A stretch of 64,000 nucleotides of DNA from Vicugna vicugna. Lineage: Eukaryota. Below, piece by piece: positions 51,707 to 61,457 of the stretch (within the stretch, counting starts at the first letter, position 1; the number at the start of each line of letters is the position of its first letter). The notes under the pieces are model-generated. The model was given only the letters and a program-made list of their open reading frames with translations. It was not told the origin of the DNA and made no database searches. The stretch lies in contig MU058009.1 in assembly GCA_013265495.1 (NCBI GenBank), positions 2,606,001 to 2,670,000 on the forward strand. The letters are read 5' to 3'. The translations under genes and the position numbers were made by a program.

Positions 51707-52388
51707 TTAAAATTGTCATGTTGTTTTATCAGATTAGATTCAGATGACATGGTTTGGCAGGAAGACCATGTTGGTGACATGTCCTTAGAATGTCACTTAT
51801 GTCAGCTGTCCCTTAGTGGTCACCTGGTTGAGGTAGCATCTGCCAGACTGTCCCACTACGAGGACACCTGTCCCCCCTTGTAATTAACCCTCCACTGGTG
51901 GCTTGTACCTGCATCAGTTACTACAGTGTGGTTTGTCTTGGAGCTGGGTGTCTCTGGGTCCACCGAGGCCTAGGTAAGAGTCACTGTCCTTTAGGGGAAC
52001 ACCCATCTTCATTTCCTGGGCGTTTTGTTATTAGAACCGACGTGGTCAGAGACAGGGAAGTGAGAGGCCAGGAACGGTGTTGATGTGAAGTCAGAGGTGG
52101 TAGGGAGCAGCTGTGCATGTGTGTGAGGTCACGGGGGGGGGGTCCCTCGTCCCGTTTCTCTGCCAGGGCGCCAAGGCCCTGCACGGACGTGAGGGAGCGA
52201 GGAGGCCCGGGCGTCGTGGCTGGGACGGCCGTGCTCGCGGCGTCTGCAGATGAGCGGCGCAGCGCGTGTTGCCTGGAGGCCGCCCCGTCTGCACGTGGCC
52301 GCGTGCCTGTCACGGCGGGCTGCAGCGAGGGGCGTCTTCACCTTGAGTCACGGTCAGACTTGCTTCTGACACAGCTTCTCTTTTCCAG

Positions 52389-52501
52389 TGGGTGAATTTG
52401 TAAGTGATGTTCTGCTGGTTCCAGAAAAGTGCCAGTTTTTCCACAAGGAGCGGATGGAAGTGTGTGAGAACCACCAGCACTGGCACATGGTGGTCAAAGA
52501 G
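52389..52501 (+). CDS. APLP2: APLP2 exon 4 (copper-binding domain, HxHxH motif)
   Basis: Acceptor ttttccag|, donor GAG|gtaaag; [38 protein letters not shown]; 113 nt. Confidence 0.97.
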
Positions 52502-53269
52502 GTAAAGGGGGGCGGGGCAAGTCGGGTGCTGGCTTTTGTGTTGGAAGAGAAAACAGAGTTTTCCTCCAAACCTTACCTTGATTTCAAATCAGTTTTCTTT
52601 CTTTTCCCTGTAACTCTTCAACGTTTACAGCTACCTGCATCTCCTAAGTGAAACACACTTGGGAGCAGAGCAGACTTTCTGGAGGGAGTGCAGTGCTGAC
52701 AGTCCAGCCCCGAAGGCAGGGGCACTGAGAGGGCTAAGTGGGGGCACTGTCGGCAGGGCCCCCACGGAGGCCACCCCGGACCCTGAGGCCGGCGTGGAGA
52801 TGGTTACAGAAAGTCCGTGTCTGGACGTGTCTGCTGACAGGATTAGATGCCATTTCATTCTTCCTGTGGGGGGAACTGCCCTTTCTTACGCTTGTCCTCT
52901 GAGTTAGGTTGGTTTTCCAGTCAGTTGCCTTTCTTTGGTGTAATTCTGGGCTCCTCACCGACCAGGAACGTACGTTACCACGGACCACGCTTGACCGGCG
53001 TTGGTAATTGCTAAGAGGAAACTCCCTTTTCCTTCACTCATTCCAACTTCGGGCTGTTGTTCTTTTGGCCCAGACGGTGTTTCCCCGTCGCAAGTTAAGC
53101 AAAATTTGTAGATCTTCAAACAGCAGCATCACAACTTTTTGACGAATATGTGTCCTCGAGAGAAAGCCTCGCGTTGTGATCTGATTGAGTTTCTTTCGGA
53201 TGAAGCTGGGGCCGGGGGGCTGGACAGCCGCTGTGGGCTGTGTTCTGACGTTGGTCTGTGGGTCCCCAG

Positions 53270-53460
53270 GCCTGTCTGACTCAGGGGCTGACCTTGTACA
53301 GCTACGGCATGCTGCTGCCCTGTGGGGTGGACCAGTTCCATGGCACCGAGTATGTGTGCTGCCCTCAGACTAAGGTGATGGAGACCGCCGTGTCAAAGGA
53401 GGAGGAGGAGGAGGACGATGACGAGGAGGAGGATGAGGAAGACTACGACATCTATAAAAG
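53270..53460 (+). CDS. APLP2: APLP2 exon 5 (end of copper-binding domain, start of acidic region)
   Basis: Acceptor ccccag|, donor AAG|gtaaga; [35 protein letters not shown]...[20 protein letters not shown]; 191 nt. Confidence 0.96.
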
Positions 53461-53811
53461 GTAAGACGCCCTGAGCCTGCCCATGGCTCTGGCTGCTGGG
53501 CCCTGGCTCTGGTGAAGCGGGTCTGTCTCCCCTGGTCCTGCCAGAGCTGGGCCGAGGCTGAGGGCAGGCGAGCCGGGGCCTCGGTCTGTCTGTCGTCCTG
53601 GGCGCCCTCTTCCCCGCGGGTCAGTGCAGCCCTGCCCCCTGACGCCCCCCATTACTGCACTAGCCGGGCTGAGGGCCCTCGCGGGCCTGTTGGCCGTGAG
53701 CAGAGCTTGCTCCCTGCCTCTGGGTTTCTGCTTCACAACCGGGCAGGAGTGGTTGCGCTGCTCGGTGCGTGGCAGTTGGGATGAACCTCCCTGTTTTATT
53801 GTGACCTGTAG

Positions 53812-54026
53812 TGAGTTTCCCACCGAAGCCGACTTGGAAGACTTCACAGAGGCAGCCGTGGATGAGGAGGACGAGGACGAGGATGAGGAGGAAGGAGAGG
53901 AGGTGGTGGAAGACCGAGACTACTACTACGACACCTTTAAAGGGGACGACTATGCCGAGGAGGGCCCGACCGAGCCCGGCAGCGACCGAACCGTCTCAGA
54001 GAAGGAGATTGCTCACGACATCAAAG
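53812..54026 (+). CDS. APLP2: APLP2 exon 6 (acidic region)
   Basis: Acceptor cctgtag|, donor AAG|gtaatg; [47 protein letters not shown]...IAHDIK; 215 nt, frame consistent with neighbours. Confidence 0.96.
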
Positions 54027-55119
54027 GTAATGAGCCCGCCTAGGGCCGTGGCCTGAACATCCATGTGTAGTTATTTACTAGAATTTTTATTAGTGTTCTT
54101 TAATTTACTTAGAGACTGCTTTCCTCACGGGTAAGTCACAGGATGGGCGACTCCTGTGCCCTGAAGGCGAGGTCAGCTCTGGGGGCTTGCAGGGCCCAAT
54201 GGTTGACCTGTCCAGGGAGAGCTGAAATGAGTCAGAACTGCCTGGTGGGAACGTAACTGGAGGCTGAGAGACAGTGTGGCCTGCTCTCGGGCAGGAGCCC
54301 TCCACACTCGGCCTGAAATGTTCTCTCAGCGGCAGTGCCGAAGCGCCCGCCTCCCAGAGTGGACAGCACCTCCGTGGTTCTCTTCCTGAACGTGTTCCAG
54401 TCGGTAGGCTGCCCTGCGTGTCCATCAGAAAGAGGCTTGTAGCTGGGAGGGTGGAGTTTGATGACCTGCTGGTAGGGGGTCTGGGTCAGCAGTGTTTTTC
54501 CTCTTGCCACATGGGGAGAAAGTTGAGACAGTCCTAGACCGCTTAGGTGCAGCCTCCTGCTGATTATGTGTTTGAAGCCAGTTAAGATCTGAAGAATTAT
54601 TTATGATTCAACCAGGAGAAAGTTACTTAATGAGTCTCGAAGTTTGTGATTTCACCTTGGAGAACACAAAACACACACGCGGCCTTTGCAGGTGTTTCCC
54701 GCGGTTCTCACCACTGCAACAGCCTCTGTGCCCGCAGGGTCTCTTTCTGCCCGTGGCACCCCAAGACAGGCTAATCGAGCAAACACGCCCACTTGACAGA
54801 TGAGAAGAGTGGGGCTCACAGCGCTGTTGAGGGGTGGGGTTCCTCCACGTCAGCCCGGGCCCTGCTCTAGACCCCAGGCAGCGCGCACAGCGGCAGGTGC
54901 TGAGGGTCTGCACCGCGTCAGAGAGGAGGGCGAGCACATCCTCACAGTGACTGGCTTGAGTGGCGCCTGCGTTAACCGAGGCACCCCGGTCCTGCCAGTC
55001 TCGGCCTTCGCTGTCCGGTGTCGACTGCTCGTCCCCGTCCCTCCCCTTGCCGGTCTGTAGCTCTGAGCCGTGGGAGCTGCTGCCTCTGCCCCGCTGACGT
55101 TCTGACCATTTCCACACAG

Positions 55120-55287
55120 CTGTCTGCTCCCAGGAGGCACTGACGGGGCCCTGCCGGGCCGTGATGCCTCGGTGGTACTTCGACCTCTCCAAGGGGAAGT
55201 GCGTGCGCTTTATATATGGCGGCTGCGGAGGCAACAGGAACAATTTTGAGTCTGAGGATTATTGTATGGCTGTGTGTAAAGCGATGA
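55120..55287 (+). CDS. APLP2: APLP2 exon 7 (Kunitz protease inhibitor domain; symmetric cassette exon)
   Basis: Acceptor ccacacag|, donor A|gtaagt; [56 protein letters not shown] with six Kunitz cysteines and P1 Arg; 168 nt, phase 1-1. Confidence 0.97.
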
Positions 55288-58275
55288 GTAAGTCCCGCCA
55301 CGCTGGCCGTGCGCAGCCCCGTCCCGTCCAGCGTGCTGTCCTCCCCACCGTCCTCGTGGCCGCGTCTGTGTGGAGCTCCCTGCCCACTCGCTGTTTGCTG
55401 TCGGTCGTCTCCTCTCCTCTCTGTGCTTTCCAGAGCTCAGCTTTGCTTTCCTGTCGGCAGCTGCCAGCTCGGTTTCCTGTGTCCCGTGCTCGCCATGGGC
55501 CTGGCGGTGGTGGAGGTGATGGTGGCGGAGGAGGTGGTGGCGCGCCCTTCCGGCCGCGGCGGGAGAGCCTGGGTCCTGTCTTTCCTCCTCCCGCCTCGGC
55601 CCCCTCCATGCTGGGTGGGTAGGCGGCCTGCCCTCCGCTGTCTGCAGCTGACCGGTGTGTAGGGCGGGCAGGCGGGCCTGGGGTCTGTGTGGGCTTTGCC
55701 TGTCACTCGCCTCTTTGAACTGCCCTGTTGCCGATCCCCCTGAGGCATGCTGACTAAGGGGACACCCGCTCTCCAAAGGGGTGACGATAAGGACACCTCA
55801 GGAGCCCGGGATGTTGGAGTGTCCTGCTTCACGCACTCCAGGGAGAGCCTTCTGCAGCCAAGAGGTGGTGACTCCGTTTCTCCAGCGCCTTGGCAGGGCT
55901 GGATCACGAGAGCTTTAGGGAGCAAAGGAGTTTGCGTTTATGGCTTCTTTGTTCACAAAGGAAATTCCATGCTCAGTTGAGTCGGTTTGCTCAGACATCA
56001 GCAGGTTGCTTTTCTGCACGGTTACCAGTATTCCTGTGTAAGACCCTCCTTTCCATACGGCGCAGCCCTGACCCGGATGTGGGAAACCCTCTGGCGAGGC
56101 TCCCTTCTTCCTTCTGATTCTGGAATTCATTAGAATAATGAACTGCTGCCTGTTTCCTGGTGTTTGCTCGAAAGGCTTCTGGCTGTAGCTTCTGACAGTT
56201 TTTCATTCAAATACCTTTATGTTCCCTCTTTCTTTTCCCCCATCCAGAATTTTTAAAAAGTCTTACTGTGGCACAGTTTACTTTCAGTGCTTCCACTCCA
56301 GCTCCTGCTCTGTGGAAAGATGACTTTTATTTGAAATGATTGAAAAGTGAAAAAAATTATGAGCCGTTAGGTGACAGCAAAGTTTTTACTCAGGAAAGAC
56401 AAAACTTACTGTGATGTTTCCTACTTTGTAAAACTGTCTAAACATAGGAGTAACAAAACGTTGTTTGGGGTCAAAGCCTGAGGAATGAGGGTCATTGAAG
56501 ACCTCGCCCGGTGTTGGGGTGGCAGTCTTTTACCCAGAGGACCAGCTAGATGGTGCTGGGAGACACTACAGAACGGTAGATTTTAGAGCACGGATGGTTT
56601 TGAAGTTGGCGAAATAGTAGTTCCCTGTTACTATGCGAGGCAGATCTGCCACGGAGAAGCAGTGTGTCCATGCACTTGTGGGGCCTGTGGCGGGAGTGCT
56701 TTGGAACCTAGAAGCATCACTGTTCCAGGGGTCAAGTTTGTGTCCCTCTTTGAAGGGGACTGAGGCCTGTGAACGTGCCGGCTTCGTGAGCCGGTCGTTG
56801 GCACACAGAGGAATGCGGTTCCAGGTCCGAGCCCATCATGGCTTCAGAACCAGACCTCCAGGCCTGCTGCCCCTTTGCCCTTTTGCTCCCAGTGGGGTGG
56901 AGGCAGCTTGCATCTGTATTATCTTTATCTGGCCCGGGGATACGAACCAAAGACTCTTTCCAGCCCATAAGCCTTTAAGCTGCAGACGTGCGTTGCTGGT
57001 GGCGACGTGATCGTTGGCACGGATGGACTTACGTGCTTTGAAATGCTTCCAGCTGAACTTCTGAGTATCAGGGGGAATGTGGTTTGTGAAGCCGTATATT
57101 CTGATTCAGCTAATCTGAAAATTGACTATTGAGATCCTATTTAAACTTCATGTAGGGGCCAAATATTCTTGACAAGACTTTAGCTGTAGCTTTTAGGTTT
57201 AAAACTAAAACTAAATGAAAGGAGAGTGGAAGGTGCTCTGACGGGACGGCTGCGGAGTGGCTGGCTGACTCGTGGTTACATTCATCAGTTACACGGTTGT
57301 TCTCATGTGTCAAAGTTATGCAATTCTGGGAATTGGGTGAATTTGTTTCTGAATTAGAATTTGTTGAATCTGGCGTTTGCTCTCCACTTTGCTCTAACAT
57401 TGGGTCCCGATAGAGCAAGTTGTGCAAGCAGGTTACCTGTCACTCCTCCCTGGCTTGGGAAATGCCGAGTGACTTGGGGTAATAAGGGTTTCCAAGGGGG
57501 TGACGAAGTACCCTTGTCATCCCCGTCCTTCCTGGAGCAGGTTAAGCTCCTTTGTGCGGAGAGGGTTGCCTGCCTGGGGCCAGTAGGAACTTAGGCTGGA
57601 CCACAGTGCGGGGTGTTGGTTCTGATGGGTTTGTTCCCTGGCTGGCGGCCTGGAAGGCCAGTGAGTGTCTTGAGTTGAAAAGCCCAGAGTCTCTTCACAC
57701 TTGTGAGAAGCCCTTGTCACACATGCTGTCCCTGCCGTTGGGGGAGGGGGTAGGGGCCCTCTGGTGGAGCTGAGAACCGACCAGCTGTGGCTGAGGGGCT
57801 TGGCTTCCTCTTTCCAGCCTGTGTGCAGGGAACTCTCAGCTGGATCAGCTCCCCGAGGTGAGTTGTGGCCTAAAAACAGCAACAACGAGGAGGAGACCTG
57901 AGCATGTGTCTCTGGCCAGACGGGCTCAGTGACAGCAGCACAGTAGTGATTTTCTAGGTGTTAAGGATTAAGAACTGAGGGAAGGTGTGGAAGAGGTGGT
58001 TGTCTTTTCTGCCCCGAAGGCCCGTGTAGCCGCCTCACTGGTGCTGACGGAGGCAGGGGGCTGGCCGGGCCCGGTGGCCGAGGTTAGGTGAGGAGGACGG
58101 CCCGCTGGGGGCTGGTGGAGTGGGTCCCGGCAGACAGGCGCACCCTGTCCTCGAGCTGGGTGCCGGACACAGTAGTCCATCCTGCAGGCCGGGCTGGGCT
58201 TCCTCCCGGGGGCCCAGTGTGGCCACAGCGTCGTTCCCAACCCCCAGAGAGAACTGTCTTGTCTTTTCATTTCAG

Positions 58276-58406
58276 TTCCCCCAACTCCCCTGCCAACCAA
58301 CGACGTCGATGTGTATTTCGAGACCTCGGCTGATGACAACGAGCATGCGCGCTTCCAGAAGGCCAAGGAGCAGCTGGAGATCCGGCACCGCAACCGCATG
58401 GACAGG
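58276..58406 (+). CDS. APLP2: APLP2 exon 8 (start of E2 domain)
   Basis: Acceptor tttcatttcag|, donor AGG|gtgagc; [43 protein letters not shown]; 131 nt. Confidence 0.96.
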
Positions 58407-59097
58407 GTGAGCCGGGCGCCCCTGCCTTCGCGGAGTCCGGCTAGGGACACCCCCCAACCCTCCCCGCCCCGGGTGGTCGAGCTGGCTGTGTCAGGACAGG
58501 TGCGGGGAGAGGATAAGTCCGGCTGCCTTCTGGCCGGGACTGTCCTCACCCACCCGCCCATCTCCGTGATAATGGAATTACCCTCGAGTGCTTATCTGCT
58601 CCAGACTGCCCAGCGCTTCCTGTAAACATTACGTTCTTGTCATTTTTCTTTGCCATTAACCAACTGCTTAAATTTTTTTTTATTTTTAAGTGGGACACTT
58701 TATATCAATATTATGAGTGGAAAGCCAGTATCATTTGTCATTAGAACAGGTAACTATAAAAATGGTGCAAGCAAATCGTGTTAATACGTTCTGGCTAGAT
58801 CCTGTTACCTGCTGAAGGTCCTGCATCTCAGGGATGCTTTCTTTTAATGAAAGGAGTTACAAGTGTTAGAGCAGCACCAGCACCAGGGCCCCACTTTGTG
58901 CTGCACTTGCTCAGAAGGGCTGGGCTGCCCGAGGTCATGACCGAGGCAGGCGTGGCCTGGGGCACCGTAGCGGGGGTGAAGGGGCCGTTTCCTTCTGCAC
59001 TTTCCCACATCACGTCCAGCACCTGCCAGTGTTTTTAGATCTGGGGGAGTTGTTTCAGAGATGATTCTGCTTATAACTGCTTTGACCTTTGGTCTAG

Positions 59098-59172
59098 GTG
59101 AAGAAGGAATGGGAAGAGGCTGAACTTCAAGCCAAGAACCTCCCCAAAGCAGAGAGGCAGACTCTCATTCAG
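59098..59172 (+). CDS. APLP2: APLP2 exon 9 (E2 domain)
   Basis: Acceptor ggtctag|, donor CAG|gtgaga; [25 protein letters not shown]; 75 nt. Absent from the ORF track because it is short. Confidence 0.95.
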
Positions 59173-60377
59173 GTGAGACATGTCCTCCAGGGACAGGCTC
59201 CCAGGCGGACCCTTTGAAATACGGTCGGAGCCAGACGCCCCGCAAGTTAGAGTCTTGACACCCCCTTTTAGCTGAGGGCTTACGTTATAAGGAAGTTTTC
59301 ACTGGCCTGCTTTTTTATTCACCTGCCAGCTGGGGTTGCTCTAGAATTGCTCACCTGCAGTGGCAGGGACCGGAGCCCGGACCCGAGCACACCTCATTCG
59401 TGCTGGGGGAGTCCTTAGCTCGGCTGTGTTTGTTCTGTTTTCCTGACAAAAGTCCACGGTCATCTGCCTTCTTAGGCTGTGCCTTGTTTCTCAGCAGTGC
59501 TGAGTTCTTGTTTTTGCAGATTTACTGCAAAGTCAAAAGGCAGAACATTAAGCTCCCCCATAGCAGTTCGGAGTGTGAGCTCGGAATCGGGGCAGCCGCC
59601 GCCCCCTGGACTAGGGGGCGTGGTAGGAATTCACAGGATGATCTGGGATTCATGAAACTGGCTGCTTCTGAAATCAGTTCGTGTTGGACTGAGATCCCTC
59701 TTCTCGTGATGTTGATACTTTGTTGGATCACCTTTCATCTTTTTTTTTCCCCTGATAACCTAGAAAGTTCACAAACGTTTCATTTCCATGCAGCCAGTTT
59801 AGTTGGGCAGCCTCGAGCTCTGCCTTCAGACCTGGCCAGCACCTCGCAGGGAGCTTGCCCTGTAGACTTGGTGTGAGTGGCTCATGTCACTTACCCCAGG
59901 ACTGAAATGTGTGTCAAAGCATGTCTGTGGTTTTGGGGTTTGGACTTTGGTGCCAGGCTGTGATGTGGGAAGGGCAGCCTTCCTCTTCTCCGGGCGCCGG
60001 GCCCAGGCTCCTGTGCAGGGAATTTCAGCCCTTCTGACGCCCAGATTTGCATGCCTGCGTGAGATGAGGAAGTACGTGTGAGTACTGCACGAGTCCCACA
60101 CGGTCCGTGGCTGGTTGAGTCTGCGGGTGCAGAACCACGTACACGGGCGGTCGACATAAGTCAGTTACACTTATTTTCGACTGTGGGGAGGGTTGGCGCC
60201 CCTGTGACTGTGCTGACAAGTCGGCCGGATGGACTTGGACCTCAGCCTTGCCCCACGCGGGTCTGCTGCTGGTGCAGGGGCGCTGGGCCAGGAGAAGTGC
60301 GTCAGTGGGTCTCATGTCGTTGGCGCAGACGCGTGCTGGTGTCATGAGTTACATGTGGTTCCTGCTTTCTTGGTTAG

Positions 60378-60536
60378 CACTTCCAAGCCATGGTGAAAGC
60401 TCTGGAGAAGGAAGCAGCCAGCGAGAAGCAGCAGCTGGTGGAGACCCACCTGGCGCGGGTGGAGGCCATGCTGAACGACCGCCGCCGGGTGGCGCTGGAG
60501 AACTACCTGGCAGCCCTGCAGTCCGACCCTCCGCGG
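60378..60536 (+). CDS. APLP2: APLP2 exon 10 (E2 domain)
   Basis: Acceptor ttggttag|, donor CGG|gtgagt; [53 protein letters not shown]; 159 nt. Confidence 0.96.
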
Positions 60537-61328
60537 GTGAGTGCGTGGTCGGGCCCTCCAGTGGCGGGTGTGCGCGGCTCCGAGCTGCGGGCAAATCACA
60601 CCCCTCGTGTGCCTGCCTGGAAGAGGGTGCGCGTGCGTGTGTGTGTGCGCACGTGTGAAATGGATTATTATGTTCCAGTGTCTGCCAGGTAAGCTCACAT
60701 CACACCTGAGGCCCCCCTGCCGCCTGTTGTGTGGACGCGGCTTACGCTGAGAAAGCAGAACCTCGGGCTGTCGGTTGGCAGTTCCCCAAGTGGTGAACTT
60801 TTATAGTAACCTCACTTCCAAAGAATAAAAAAGCATGCCTTCCATGGGCAGAGGCTTTTGAATCTAAGATTATGAGTAAATTTATATTGAAGCCCTTTTC
60901 TGCTAGTGGTGCCCTGCTTTATCCCTTAACTCTAACTTGCCTTGCTTTGGGGGGATGGAAAGTATTGAAAAGGAGGATGTTTGTACCTTTACCTTCAGCA
61001 GGTGAAGTCTTTTCTGGATGACACGGGGACGGCCTGGCTTGTAATTAAGGTGTCAGATGCTGAGCTCACAAAAGAGGACAGACTGGAGGAAGACAGTGGG
61101 CTGGAGATTCTGAAATGTGGGGTTAAGGAGCCAGTGTAACTGTGGGCTTTTGGCACTTCACATAGAAAGGACGTTTCTGGTTATTTGGTAACTAGACGCT
61201 CTTAAAGGTACAGCGTTCATTCTCGTGCCTCGCTGAGGTTTCCGTTCTTAAGTGAGTTTTTAAGCTTTGTTTTCCCGCCTCTTTTCAGTTCTCTAGTCTC
61301 AGGACATGAAAACTGTTTTCTCTTACAG

Positions 61329-61457
61329 CCTCATCGCATCCTTCAAGCCTTGCGGCGCTACGTGCGTGCTGAGAACAAAGACCGTCTGCACACCATCCGT
61401 CATTACCAGCACGTGCTGGCTGTTGACCCAGAAAAGGCGGCCCAGATGAAGTCCCAG
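61329..61457 (+). CDS. APLP2: APLP2 exon 11 (E2 domain); last exon found, gene continues beyond the window
   Basis: Acceptor ttctcttacag|, donor CAG|gtacac; [43 protein letters not shown]; 129 nt. Confidence 0.96.

Noticed and set aside
53461..53811. Intron 5 length (351 nt) is a multiple of three, suggesting in-frame retention
   Set aside because: The frame hits TAA immediately after the donor (AGG TAA).
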